Shown here: piece by piece, positions 19,624 to 29,307 of the stretch
How the letters are laid out: the number at the start of each line of letters is the position of its first letter
How positions within the stretch are numbered: position 1 is the stretch's first letter
From: Ignavibacterium sp.
Lineage (GTDB): Bacteria; Bacteroidota; Ignavibacteria; UBA10030
Direction: 5' to 3'
Length of the DNA: 64,000 nucleotides
Assembly (NCBI GenBank): GCA_039961715.1
Contig: JABRVW010000010.1
Location: 36,679 to 100,678, forward strand
The notes under the pieces: model-generated
The model's input: only the letters and a program-made list of their open reading frames with translations
Told to the model about the DNA's origin: nothing
Database searches by the model: none
Made by a program: the position numbers and the translations under genes

Positions 19624-21279
19624 TCACCACCGATACGAAAGGCCCAGATCGATGCGAAACGGCTCCACCGGGTAATTCTTCCATGCCTGATCGTCCCGAT
19701 CGAAAATGTTCTCCGCGGCGACAAAGAGTCTCAAACCCCTGATCCCTGTATACTCCAGCCTCACGGCGCTCCAGAGACCTCCCGGCGCGGTCAGCGAACC
19801 TGTTGCCGAGGCGCGCCGCTGCGTGTACCCGTTGAGACTGACGCTCGCTTGAAAAGCAGAGGACAGAATGCGCCGATAGAACGCGGACATCTCAAAACCC
19901 GGAATATAAGGAACGCGCGCACGCGTCAGGTCGTTCTTCGTCGAATTCGCTGTCGCAGCCACAGCAAAATAATCATTTGGCGTGATGTTTGCAACTGCAT
20001 CAGCGCGCACGGTGAGAAGCGATGTTGTTCCGCCGTACTGAAACGACCCCACGCCCGAATTGGCGCCATCGCTGTACAATGGAAGGTCGGTTGTGCGGCG
20101 ATAGGTCGCAGAAAGTTTAGTGGTAATCCATCCCGCCCAAAACGATTCAACGCCTCCGGACAAAGCCAGGCGGTCCACCGGATGACGGATGACGGAAAGA
20201 CCCGACAGGTAGGGTTGTCGGAACGTTTCTTCACGCAGGGTGGCGTATTCCACGGAGGGATGATAACCGAGCATCACGACGTGATTGTCCGACAACACGT
20301 ACCTCATCCTTACTTCCGGATACACATAGTTCCCCTGTTGATTGTTCATTCCGGTGACTGCGAATCCGTTCAGGATCACAGACAGGGAAAACTCCTTCCA
20401 CCGGAAGGGCACTGAAAGGAGGGAAAGGCGAAAGAGCGAAAGCGAAACCGGTGTGGCAGCGGTAATGGTGGAGAGATCGGCGGCCGCTCTGAATTCCAGC
20501 GGGAATTCGAGGATCGGAATTCCGCTCCCTGCCATGATGGTTACGTGATTCTCCGTCACGGATGCAGAGCTGTCGCTCAGCGTCAGTCCGCGATATTCGA
20601 GCCTTGCAAGATAGCTTTGCGGTGCGTCAACGGCAGAGGCAATTCCGAGCTGCAGGTCCCCCACTGTCCGCTCGCGCTGGATCGATGGCCAGCGAGAGCC
20701 GTAGAATTTGTATTTGCGGATTTCATACGACGCTTCCCCATCCAGTCTCGATTCGTGAAACACGGTGCCGGGATGATCGAGAACCAGGCTCGCTCCCGCG
20801 GCCAGAAGTCCGCGTGAAGCGTCCGTGAACCGTGCGAACCCTTTTGTGCGGGCGTATTCCAGTCTGCCGTGAACGCCGTATGATTCTGAAGAAACACCAT
20901 ACGACATGCCGACGGAGGGACTGAAGAACGTTCCAAGTTTGGCCGTAAGGAAACCGTCCCGCACCTCTCCCGTGGCAAAGAGCGATCGTCTGAACCGCTC
21001 TCCCAGATCCACGGTTCCCGCGTCCCTCGTACCGGGGAGATTCTCTGAAGGGTGGCGCTTGTAGATGCCGGAATCATCCGTTGAGTTCTTTCGGACGTCC
21101 GGGGGATCGATCGTGGCGGTACCCGTGATGACGAATTCCGGAAGGTCGATCTTGGGAAGCTGGGCAGCTGGCGACTGAACATCTGCCGGCCGGGAAGGCG
21201 GGCGGGTATTCTCGCGATCCTGAGCAGGCATTGCCCCTGCCGCCAGGCCAAGGATCGTCCATACGATGAATATTCTCAC
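19624..21279 (-). CDS. Outer-membrane beta-barrel protein, TonB-dependent-receptor-like (551 aa)
   Basis: Signal peptide; TonB-box-like LPEFVITG; amphipathic strands; AENIFD and C-terminal DLGLSYRW beta-signal. Confidence 0.7.
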   Translation of the reverse strand: MRIFIVWTILGLAAGAMPAQDRENTRPPSRPADVQSPAAQLPKIDLPEFVITGTATIDPPDVRKNSTDDSGIYKRHPSENLPGTRDAGTVDLGERFRRSLFATGEVRDGFLTAKLGTFFSPSVGMSYGVSSESYGVHGRLEYARTKGFARFTDASRGLLAAGASLVLDHPGTVFHESRLDGEASYEIRKYKFYGSRWPSIQRERTVGDLQLGIASAVDAPQSYLARLEYRGLTLSDSSASVTENHVTIMAGSGIPILEFPLEFRAAADLSTITAATPVSLSLFRLSLLSVPFRWKEFSLSVILNGFAVTGMNNQQGNYVYPEVRMRYVLSDNHVVMLGYHPSVEYATLREETFRQPYLSGLSVIRHPVDRLALSGGVESFWAGWITTKLSATYRRTTDLPLYSDGANSGVGSFQYGGTTSLLTVRADAVANITPNDYFAVAATANSTKNDLTRARVPYIPGFEMSAFYRRILSSAFQASVSLNGYTQRRASATGSLTAPGGLWSAVRLEYTGIRGLRLFVAAENIFDRDDQAWKNYPVEPFRIDLGLSYRW

Positions 21280-24200
21280 TTCTCCAATCTCCTCAATCGC
21301 CGTTGTGCCTCCGTCACGGCATCCCTTTGCCGCTCCATCCTGGAGACTGTCTGATAGGCTTCGCGCGCACGCCTGACGTCGCCTGTGGCTTCATATGCCT
21401 CTCCGAGTCCCAGCGTCGCTTTGGCAAGCCACTCCTCATGCGCCGGGAAGATATACCGCACCCGCAAGTACGCGGGGATCGCGTTGGCCCAATCACCTTC
21501 GCGTGCATATCTCCATCCCACAAGATATTGCGCTTCCGCTCCGATCGCATCCGTCCTGTTCGTGGCGACCTGCGTGGCAAGCGCCTCAGCATCGGCGTAG
21601 TTCGTTTCACGGATGTACATCCTGGCAAGGGCAAGCCTTGCCTTGTCGGCAGCATCTGAGGTTGAATAGCGGGCGATCACTTCGTTGTACCTCTGCAGGG
21701 CGTCTGCAATATCTCCCCGCTCGTCGCTGACCGAACCAAGCCGGTACGCCGCCTCGGCTTCGATCGCTGTCCCGGCACCGAGCTTCCGCGCAGCTTCATA
21801 TGCTTCGGCGGCCTTCTCGTAACTCTTCAGCAAACGATAGGCCTCGCCGCTTTGAAAGGACGCCTCGGCACGAATTCTGGCGGCCGCGGTCTCCACGCCC
21901 GATGCACGGTCAAAAGCATTCGCCGCATCCAACAGCCGTCCCATCATCTCATAGGATCGGCCGATCCAGAACCAGGCATTGGCACGCAGGGGCGACGTGG
22001 CATAGCGGTCCGCAAAACCCCGGTATTCGCGGATCGCGGCTTCGTACTGCTTTTGGCTGAAGAGCAAGTCGCCTTTCTTGAGCAGGAGGCCCTGTGCGTC
22101 CGCCGATTCAGGATTGTCCCTGACAAAGGCGTCAATAACTGCGAGAGCCTGGTCCTGTTTGCCCTGAGCAAGGAGACAGTACTGGATTCCCGAGATTGCA
22201 TCGGCAACATACGGGCTTTTCGGATAGCGCTTCAGAACCTCTTGGTACGACTGTTCGGCTGAAGCGTAGTTTTGCTGATTGTAGTAGGCGTCGCCGATAC
22301 TGTACAATGTCCGTGCCGCAAGCTCACTCGACGGAAACTTCTGAAGCAGAACACGGAACTCCCTGATGGCTTCGTCATAGTTCTTCCCCTGAAACCAGAG
22401 CCATCCGATGGCATACTGCGCATCATCGGCGAGTGATGAGCCGGGAATTCCCCCAATGATGGCCTGAAACTGGCGGAGAGCCTCATCCAGATTCCCCAGA
22501 CGATATGAGGTCTGGCCGAGTTGGTACATCGCGTAATCCCTATCGGGCCGGTCGGGATACTGGCGGATGACGGTACGGTAGGCCGTTTCAGCCGACTTGT
22601 AATCTTTGAGGAAGTAATAACAGTCTGCAAGCCGGATGCGGGAGTCAAAGCCGAACTTTCCCGCGGGATGATCTGTCACCAGGCGGTCAAATCTCCTTGC
22701 CGCCTGATCGTATTGCCCCTGCTTGAACAGGGCGTAGCCCGCTCCGTACAATGCGTCTTCGCGCCTGGACGAAGTCGATGCCGACACAGCATCATAGTCC
22801 TTCAATGCATTCCCGTACTCCTCAAGCCGGTAGTACGACTCTCCTCTCCAGTACCTGGCTTCCGGGGCCTTCGGGTGATCACCGTATTGTTCGAGAAACT
22901 GCGTGAACGTCTCGACGGCTCCCCGGAATTCTTCGAGCTTGAAGGCGGACCAGCCCAGCTGGTAAAGTGCATTCGACCGCGCTTCGAAAGACCCGTTCGG
23001 AACAGCCACGGCAGCGGCAAATGCCTCTTTCGCGCGCTGGAATTCGGACTTGGCGATCAAACATTCCCCCTTCATTCGATAGGAATCAGCGCGCACATCG
23101 CTTCCCGGGAACTCTCGTACCACGCGATCAAACAGCGCTTCGGCCTGGGCAACCTCATCGCGTTCATACTTGAGGAGTCCCGTCTCATAGAGCGCATTGT
23201 CCGCATAGGATCCCGCCGGATCCCGATCAAGCGCTTGCTTCCAGGTTTCAAGCGCTGCATCCGGCTTCCCCCCAAGCTTCTGGGCAACCCCGCGCCGAAA
23301 CAGCGCACTGATGGCAAGGGAACCATCCTCCCTCGCTATCCGGTCAAATGTCGCCTCCGCCATGACGAAATTGCCGAGTTTCATGTACGTCCATCCGAGT
23401 GCGTAGAGAATGTCCGCCGTCAGCCGGTGACCGGGGACGGTTGCAAGGACGTGCTCATAGGCCTTGCGGGCCTCTTCGTACTCCCCGAGATGATAGTACG
23501 ATTCTGCTATGAGATACAATGCCTCTCCCAGTTCGTTTGGCCGCTTGATCTCCTGGCGTGAGGCGGAAAGTTCCTCAATGGCCTTTCGGAATTCCCGCAT
23601 CCCAAAATAGCATTCGCCGGTCCGGACCATCGAGGCGGGAATAAGGTCGCTGTCGGGATATTGTGCGGGAAGCTTCCTGTACCATTCGATCGCGTTTGCG
23701 TAGTCCTTCTTTGTCTGATATGCCCACGCGATTGCATAGAGAGCATAGTCTCTCACGCGGCTGTCGGGATGTTCAATTGCAAGCGAATAGTACTTGATTC
23801 CGTTCTCGTACTCACCGAGGCGCACAAAAGCTTCGCCGGTCCAATACGCCGCGTCGGCCGCGAGGCCACCCTCAGGAAACTCATCGAGAATTCTCTTCAA
23901 AGGAGCAATGGCGCTTTCGGGCTTGCCCAGACGGATATATGCTTCGCCCAAGCGGAGGAGCGCATCGTCCGACAGGCGGGAATCAGGATACTCCGTCAGA
24001 AACCTCGCAAACAACCTGGCCGCCGTATCGAACTGCTGCTGCTGAAATCGGCATTCGACGCTCAGGTAGAATGCGTCAAGTCGCTTGATGCTGGAAGGAT
24101 ATTTGTTGAGGAATTGTTCAAACTGTTCTGCGGCGAGCTGATACAAGCCGTCGCCGTAAAGCCCGTAGGCAAACGCATAGTCCTGTTCCTCCGCCATCGA

Positions 24201-24290
24201 TGCCGACCTGGCGGTATTCTGAACCTGAGCCACTGTGGAAGAAACAACGAGCAAGGAAAAGAGGAGTCCCCACCACCCGAGGATCCGCAT
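21276..24290 (-). CDS. Large periplasmic TPR protein (CpoB/BamD-like repeats, ~1000 aa)
   Basis: ATG 24290 with signal peptide; about 25 TPRs often ending YP(D/S)S; overlaps the barrel gene by 4 nt. Confidence 0.88.
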   Translation of the reverse strand: MRILGWWGLLFSLLVVSSTVAQVQNTARSASMAEEQDYAFAYGLYGDGLYQLAAEQFEQFLNKYPSSIKRLDAFYLSVECRFQQQQFDTAARLFARFLTEYPDSRLSDDALLRLGEAYIRLGKPESAIAPLKRILDEFPEGGLAADAAYWTGEAFVRLGEYENGIKYYSLAIEHPDSRVRDYALYAIAWAYQTKKDYANAIEWYRKLPAQYPDSDLIPASMVRTGECYFGMREFRKAIEELSASRQEIKRPNELGEALYLIAESYYHLGEYEEARKAYEHVLATVPGHRLTADILYALGWTYMKLGNFVMAEATFDRIAREDGSLAISALFRRGVAQKLGGKPDAALETWKQALDRDPAGSYADNALYETGLLKYERDEVAQAEALFDRVVREFPGSDVRADSYRMKGECLIAKSEFQRAKEAFAAAVAVPNGSFEARSNALYQLGWSAFKLEEFRGAVETFTQFLEQYGDHPKAPEARYWRGESYYRLEEYGNALKDYDAVSASTSSRREDALYGAGYALFKQGQYDQAARRFDRLVTDHPAGKFGFDSRIRLADCYYFLKDYKSAETAYRTVIRQYPDRPDRDYAMYQLGQTSYRLGNLDEALRQFQAIIGGIPGSSLADDAQYAIGWLWFQGKNYDEAIREFRVLLQKFPSSELAARTLYSIGDAYYNQQNYASAEQSYQEVLKRYPKSPYVADAISGIQYCLLAQGKQDQALAVIDAFVRDNPESADAQGLLLKKGDLLFSQKQYEAAIREYRGFADRYATSPLRANAWFWIGRSYEMMGRLLDAANAFDRASGVETAAARIRAEASFQSGEAYRLLKSYEKAAEAYEAARKLGAGTAIEAEAAYRLGSVSDERGDIADALQRYNEVIARYSTSDAADKARLALARMYIRETNYADAEALATQVATNRTDAIGAEAQYLVGWRYAREGDWANAIPAYLRVRYIFPAHEEWLAKATLGLGEAYEATGDVRRAREAYQTVSRMERQRDAVTEAQRRLRRLEK

Positions 24291-24374
24291 CCACGTTCTC
24301 CAGCACAATTGATTTTTCAACCTGCTAGGCAATCTGCCTTCAAGTAAGGGATGAAATGAAGCTGATAAGGATAA

Positions 24375-24403
24375 AATCTACTTCAAAACTGGATTTTTGT
24401 CAA
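24375..24403 (-). promoter_or_regulatory. Strong candidate sigma70 promoter for the TPR-barrel-SPOR-exbBD-tonB operon
   Basis: Minus strand TTGACA-17 bp-TAGATT in an AT-rich intergenic region. Confidence 0.7.
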
Positions 24404-24407
24404 GTAA

Positions 24408-26294
24408 TTAGACGGAATCCGGTGCCGGATTGTTCGTGACGGGGGGGGTCAGGTTTTGGCGGGTTACATTCCTTCCCTGGGGGGGCTTTTTGTGGTATTC
24501 CTGGAGACTTTGGACGGCAAGGCTTCCCTCTTTCAGACGTTCTATGGCTTTTACGGCTGTTGCTGCAGCGGAGAGGGTTGTTACAAAAGACACTTTCTGT
24601 TCGATTGCGGCCCACCCTATCGCGTACTCATCGTACCGGGATTCCTCACCCAGCGGCGTATTCACGACGAGTTGAATCTTCCCATCCTTAATCAAATCCA
24701 CCACGTTTGGACGCCCTTCGTTAACCTTGAACACTGTTTCCGAAGGCACCCCGTTTTCATTCAGAAAACGGGCCGTCCCTTCGGTCGCAATGAGCGAGAA
24801 TCCAAGTCCGACAAATTCCCGGGCAATCCCCAGTGTGATTTCGTTCTTGTCGCTGTTGTTGACGCTGATGAACACCGTTCCCTGCTCTGGCAGAGCATTC
24901 CCCGCGCTCATCTGGGCCTTTGCAATTGCTCCCCCAAAGGCCTGCGAGATGCCCATGACTTCTCCTGTGGAACGCATTTCGGGTCCGAGAAAAACCGGAA
25001 CACGGGGGAACTTGGAGAACGGGAAGACAGCCTCCTTCACGGAAATGTGCTTCAACGTTCTGAAGTCAAAATCCTTCACTCCGAGTTCCTCAAGGGTCCG
25101 CCCGACCATCACCTTTGCAGCTACTTTGGCGAGGGGAATGCCGATGGCTTTGCTTACAAACGGCACGGTTCGGGAAGCACGCGGATTGACTTCCAGCACG
25201 TATACCACTCCGTCCTTCATCGCGAATTGAACGTTCAGGAGACCAACCACCTTCAGCGCCTTCGCCAGTTTGATGGTTGTAACTTTGATTTCCTCCAGAC
25301 TCTCCGGTGGGATCATGTATGGCGGAATGACACAGGAACTGTCGCCCGAATGAATGCCGGCCTCTTCAATATGCTCCATCACGCCCCCGATCAGAACGTC
25401 GGTTCCGTCGCAAACGGCATCCACATCGAATTCAAAAGCGTCTTCGAGAAAACGATCAATCAACACGGGATGTTCCGGCGAGACATCCACCGCTTTTTTC
25501 ATGTACTCCCTGACGGCATCTCCGTTGTAGCAGATCTCCATTGCCCTTCCTCCCAGCACGTATGAGGGACGCACAAGCACGGGATAGCCAATCTGCTCGG
25601 CCACCAGTACAGCATTGCTCACCGAGTAAGCCGTCCCGTATTTCGGATGGGCGATCTTCAACTTCCTGAGCAGGGCGCCAAACCGTTCCCGGTCTTCCGC
25701 GAGATCGATCCCCTCCGGCGATGTCCCCAGAATCTTCACGCCATTCTCCTCGAGCGCCTTTGCAATCTTCAGGGGCGTTTGTCCGCCGAAGCTCACAATC
25801 ACGCCGTCCGGCTGTTCGTGGTCGCAAATGTTCAGAACATCCTCGAGGGTGAGCGGCTCAAAATAGAGCTTGTCGGTCGTGTCATAATCGGTCGAAACAG
25901 TCTCAGGGTTGCAGTTGATCATGATCGACTCGATCCCCTCTTCACCAAGCGCCATGACCCCATGTACACAGCAGTAGTCAAACTCGATGCCCTGGCCGAT
26001 GCGGTTTGGCCCGCCTCCGAGAATGATCACCTTTGTGCGCCGATTGTGCACAACCGATTCGTTCTCACGGTCGTATGTCGAATAGTGGTACGGTGTGTAC
26101 GCTTCAAATTCTGCCGCACAGGTGTCAACGGTCTTGTACACCGGAAGAATCCCGTATTCTTTTCTGAGGGCCCGGACCGCCAGTTCGGTCGTTCCCCACA
26201 AGTGGGCAAGCTGGCGATCAGAAAAGCCGAGTTCCTTGGCTCGCCTCAGAACGTCGGCCGGAACCCGTTCGGGTTTTCGTTTTCTAGGGTTCAT
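24408..26294 (-). CDS. carB: Carbamoyl-phosphate synthase large chain, C-terminal part (628 aa)
   Basis: ATG 26294; AKELGFSDRQLA, VDTCAAEF, GGGPNRIGQGIEFDY, RPSYVLGG, EVNPRASRT, MGS-like domain ending SLQEYH. Confidence 0.92.
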   Translation of the reverse strand: MNPRKRKPERVPADVLRRAKELGFSDRQLAHLWGTTELAVRALRKEYGILPVYKTVDTCAAEFEAYTPYHYSTYDRENESVVHNRRTKVIILGGGPNRIGQGIEFDYCCVHGVMALGEEGIESIMINCNPETVSTDYDTTDKLYFEPLTLEDVLNICDHEQPDGVIVSFGGQTPLKIAKALEENGVKILGTSPEGIDLAEDRERFGALLRKLKIAHPKYGTAYSVSNAVLVAEQIGYPVLVRPSYVLGGRAMEICYNGDAVREYMKKAVDVSPEHPVLIDRFLEDAFEFDVDAVCDGTDVLIGGVMEHIEEAGIHSGDSSCVIPPYMIPPESLEEIKVTTIKLAKALKVVGLLNVQFAMKDGVVYVLEVNPRASRTVPFVSKAIGIPLAKVAAKVMVGRTLEELGVKDFDFRTLKHISVKEAVFPFSKFPRVPVFLGPEMRSTGEVMGISQAFGGAIAKAQMSAGNALPEQGTVFISVNNSDKNEITLGIAREFVGLGFSLIATEGTARFLNENGVPSETVFKVNEGRPNVVDLIKDGKIQLVVNTPLGEESRYDEYAIGWAAIEQKVSFVTTLSAAATAVKAIERLKEGSLAVQSLQEYHKKPPQGRNVTRQNLTPPVTNNPAPDSV

Positions 26295-26751
26295 AGCCCC
26301 GTATTCTCTTATACAGTTCGATCTGTCCTGCGGTGAGCACCTCCCGCATCCGAACATGCGCATCGAGGTGAATCTTCCGAAGATCCGCTCTAAGCCGTGC
26401 AATGCGTTGCAGGAGTGTTCCAACCACCTGGCCGTCGATGCGACCACCGGCCGCGAAAAGCGAATCAAGCTGTTCCTCGGCCTGGACGATCCTGGCGCCG
26501 ACAATCCGGGCTGAGGCCTGAACTCCCTCCATCAACCCTTTGGCAGTCTCGATCTGGCCGGGCGTCAGGCCGAGTGTGTCCGCCAGGTCAAGAACATGCT
26601 TAGGTCCGGGAAATCCATTGAATTCAGCCGCGGAAGCCAGTCCCATTCCTTCGCCCCTGAGCAAGCCCATCTTGTCCGAAGGGACCATTCGCTGAGAAAG
26701 GGCAACGCTCTGCAAGACAAGAACCGACAGAATCACAGAAAAGATCATCAT
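26284..26751 (-). CDS. Periplasmic Spy/CpxP/ZraP-like (LTxxQ) helical protein located between the carB halves
   Basis: Signal peptide; [20 protein letters not shown]; two LTxxQ motifs (LTPGQ, LTAGQ); ends YKRIRGY. Confidence 0.78.
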   Translation of the reverse strand: MMIFSVILSVLVLQSVALSQRMVPSDKMGLLRGEGMGLASAAEFNGFPGPKHVLDLADTLGLTPGQIETAKGLMEGVQASARIVGARIVQAEEQLDSLFAAGGRIDGQVVGTLLQRIARLRADLRKIHLDAHVRMREVLTAGQIELYKRIRGYEP

Positions 26752-28220
26752 GCTGCGAATTGCCTCAATTCGTCCTCAAACTCGACGATTTGCCTGATGT
26801 TGTGCAGGAACCAGCGATCAATTTTTGTAATGTCATGCAGTTCCTCAACGCCGATTCCCAACTGGAGAGCATATCTGAGATAGAAAACATTGTCCGGCCT
26901 GGGTTTCTTCAGACGGTCCACGATCTTCTTCCGCCACTCCGGACGTTTGGCTTCGGGGATTTCAGCTGCATTGAGCACGTCCTTGCCGTCGGCGCCCAAA
27001 CCATGCCGCCCCTGTTCGAGCGATCGCAGGGCCTTTTGGAAGGCCTCCTTGAACGTGCGGCCGATGGCCATTGCTTCCCCCACAGATTTCATCTGGATCC
27101 CCAGCGTGTCATCCACGCCCTTGAATTTTTCAAAGTCCCACCGCGGAATCTTCACCACACAGTAATCGATGGTCGGTTCGAAGGATGCCGGGGTGATGCG
27201 GGTGATGTCATTCGGAATCTCGTCCAGTGTGTACCCAACGGCGAGCTTTGCGGCAATCTTGGCAATGGGAAACCCTGTGGCTTTCGATGCGAGGGCCGAG
27301 GATCTCGAGACGCGCGGGTTCATTTCAATGACGATCATCCTTCCGTTTTGCGGATTCACGGCAAACTGGATGTTCGAACCTCCGGTCTCGACGCCAATTT
27401 CGCGGATGATTTTCCTCGCGGCGTCTCTCATCGACTGGTATTCCTTATCGGTCAGAGTTTGCGCCGGCGCCACCGTGATGGAGTCACCCGTATGCACGCC
27501 CATGGGATCGAAGTTTTCGATCGAGCAGATGATGACGACGTTGTCCTTGAGATCGCGCATCACCTCCAGCTCGTACTCTTTCCATCCGATCACCGATTCC
27601 TCGATCAACACCTCATGGATGGGGCTACTTGCCAGGCCGTGTTCCACCTTCTCGCGGAATTCCTCCATATTATACGCCGTGCCTCCACCCGTGCCGCCCA
27701 GCGTAAACGAGGGCCGGATGATGATCGGCAGTCCAATCTGCTCCGCCACCGCCATGGCCTGATCGATGGATTTGACGAACGCTCCCCGGGCTGTTTCCAG
27801 TCCGATCCTTTCCATTGCCTCCTGAAACAGCTCACGATCTTCCGCCATCTTTATTGCCTCAAGCTTTGCGCCGATCAACTCGACCCCGTACCTCTCCAGT
27901 ACACCGCTTTCGGCGAGGGAAACGGCGGTGTTGAGAGCCGTTTGCCCGCCCATGGTCGGCAGAATCACATCCGGACGTTCCCGCTCGATGATTTTTTCAA
28001 CGAATTGGGGGGTGATGGGCTCTACGTAGGTGGCATCGGCAAGGTCGGGATCGGTCATGATCGTGGCGGGATTGCTGTTGATAAGAATAATCCGGTACCC
28101 TTCTTCGCGCAACACCTTGCAAGCCTGAGTACCGGAATAATCGAACTCGCAGGCCTGACCGATCACGATGGGCCCGGAGCCAATAATGAGGATGGATTTA
28201 ATATCGGTGCGTTTCGGCAA
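26748..28220 (-). CDS. carB: Carbamoyl-phosphate synthase large chain, N-terminal part (490 aa)
   Basis: TTG start, [30 protein letters not shown]; RPSFTLGG; HTGDS; [18 protein letters not shown]; ends IDRWFL...ELRQFAA*. Confidence 0.95.
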   Translation of the reverse strand: MPKRTDIKSILIIGSGPIVIGQACEFDYSGTQACKVLREEGYRIILINSNPATIMTDPDLADATYVEPITPQFVEKIIERERPDVILPTMGGQTALNTAVSLAESGVLERYGVELIGAKLEAIKMAEDRELFQEAMERIGLETARGAFVKSIDQAMAVAEQIGLPIIIRPSFTLGGTGGGTAYNMEEFREKVEHGLASSPIHEVLIEESVIGWKEYELEVMRDLKDNVVIICSIENFDPMGVHTGDSITVAPAQTLTDKEYQSMRDAARKIIREIGVETGGSNIQFAVNPQNGRMIVIEMNPRVSRSSALASKATGFPIAKIAAKLAVGYTLDEIPNDITRITPASFEPTIDYCVVKIPRWDFEKFKGVDDTLGIQMKSVGEAMAIGRTFKEAFQKALRSLEQGRHGLGADGKDVLNAAEIPEAKRPEWRKKIVDRLKKPRPDNVFYLRYALQLGIGVEELHDITKIDRWFLHNIRQIVEFEDELRQFAA

Positions 28221-28256
28221 TGTCGGTTGTCGTCCCTTTCATGCAAAGTATTTAAT

Positions 28257-28285
28257 AATGTACGAAGTCGATGCTTTGTAAGCAA
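28257..28285 (-). promoter_or_regulatory. Candidate sigma70 promoter for carB-N
   Basis: Minus strand TTGCTT-17 bp-TACATT. Confidence 0.55.
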
Positions 28286-28305
28286 TATCTTCCTCGATCG
28301 GGCTT

Positions 28306-28350
28306 ACCTTTCCAAGGGTACTGTGTTAACCATATGTACCTTGGAAAGGT
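28306..28350. repeat. Long intergenic inverted repeat (REP-like hairpin)
   Basis: ACCTTTCCAAGG(G)TAC-14 nt-GTACCTTGGAAAGGT: 15-bp stem with one bulge, no U-tract on either strand. Confidence 0.75.
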
Positions 28351-28389
28351 GGGGAGAGCATGGGGCCGGTTCACCCTTTGGCGGTAAAC

Positions 28390-29307
28390 TCACCTCCGGC
28401 CGTGCCCACCTCCCTCCATTGTTGCAAAGACATGCGGAAGCACCGGGAGGAGGAGATCAAGGCCTTCATGAACGGAGCGTTCGGACCCGGGCAGATTCAC
28501 CAGGAGCGTCTTGCCACGGATGCCCGCAACCCCGCGAGACAGCATGGCGAGAGGTGTTACCCGCACCCCAGCCGAACGCAGGGCCTCCGCAAGACCCGGC
28601 GCCTCGCGCTCAATCACTGCCCTCGTGGCCTCAGGCGTGACATCCCTCGGCCCAAAACCAGTGCCGCCTGTGGTCAAAATCAGGTCCACGGTTCCCGAAT
28701 CGGCATACTCCCGAAGCCGGCCCTCGATCACCGCGCGATCGTCAGGCAGCACTGCGATATCTGTCACCTCGAGTCCTTCTGCCCTGAGTCGCTCAGCGGC
28801 CGCGGCGCCCGACGTGTCTTTTCCCCGCCCCGCTGATACCGTATCGGATAAAACAAGGATCACGCACCGGCGGGCTAATGGCGACGGACGCCGGAAGTCC
28901 GACTTTCCACCTGTCTTTTCAAGGAGCCTGATGCCCGAGATCTCCATCGATTCATCCACGGCTTTCATCATGTCATAGAGGGTCAGCACAGCTGCAGAAA
29001 CTGCTGCAAGAGCTTCCATCTCCACCCCGGTCTTGTAGATGGACTTGACCTCAGTCTCAACGGTAACGGTATCACTCCCGATTTCAAACCGGCAGTCAAC
29101 AAAATCGATGGGCAGAGGATGACAGTACGGAATGAGGATGCTTGTCTGCTTTGCTGCCTGGACGGCCGCGACTTTGGCAACGGGGAGAGGATCGGTTTTC
29201 GGTAGGTTGTTGGCCCGAAGGAGTTCTATCGTTCCCGTTTTGGCCCTGAGTACCGCCTGGGCCCGCGCCCTCCGAAGAGTTGTCTGTTTGCCCGAAATAT
29301 CACGCAT
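28390..29307 (-). CDS. moaCB: Bifunctional MoaC / MoaB(Mog) molybdenum-cofactor biosynthesis protein
   Basis: ATG 29307; MoaC motifs LIPYCHP, TGVEMEAL, YDMMK, KTGGKS; MoaB motifs TTGGTGFGPRDVTPEA, SRGVAG, NLPGS. Confidence 0.9.
   Translation of the reverse strand: MRDISGKQTTLRRARAQAVLRAKTGTIELLRANNLPKTDPLPVAKVAAVQAAKQTSILIPYCHPLPIDFVDCRFEIGSDTVTVETEVKSIYKTGVEMEALAAVSAAVLTLYDMMKAVDESMEISGIRLLEKTGGKSDFRRPSPLARRCVILVLSDTVSAGRGKDTSGAAAAERLRAEGLEVTDIAVLPDDRAVIEGRLREYADSGTVDLILTTGGTGFGPRDVTPEATRAVIEREAPGLAEALRSAGVRVTPLAMLSRGVAGIRGKTLLVNLPGSERSVHEGLDLLLPVLPHVFATMEGGGHGRR

Noticed and set aside
26295-26504. 70-aa upstream extension of CarB-C, or a frameshift joining the halves
   Set aside because: The extension is an alternative frame of the Spy-like gene with no CarB similarity, and that frame is not open back to CarB-N.
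26284-26751. Intein, self-splicing intron or IS as the carB insert
   Set aside because: It has its own start, stop and signal peptide; no intein termini, homing endonuclease, transposase or terminal repeats are visible.
26760-28640. 626-aa plus-strand ORF
   Set aside because: Antisense shadow of carB/moaCB, as expected from GC-rich codon bias.
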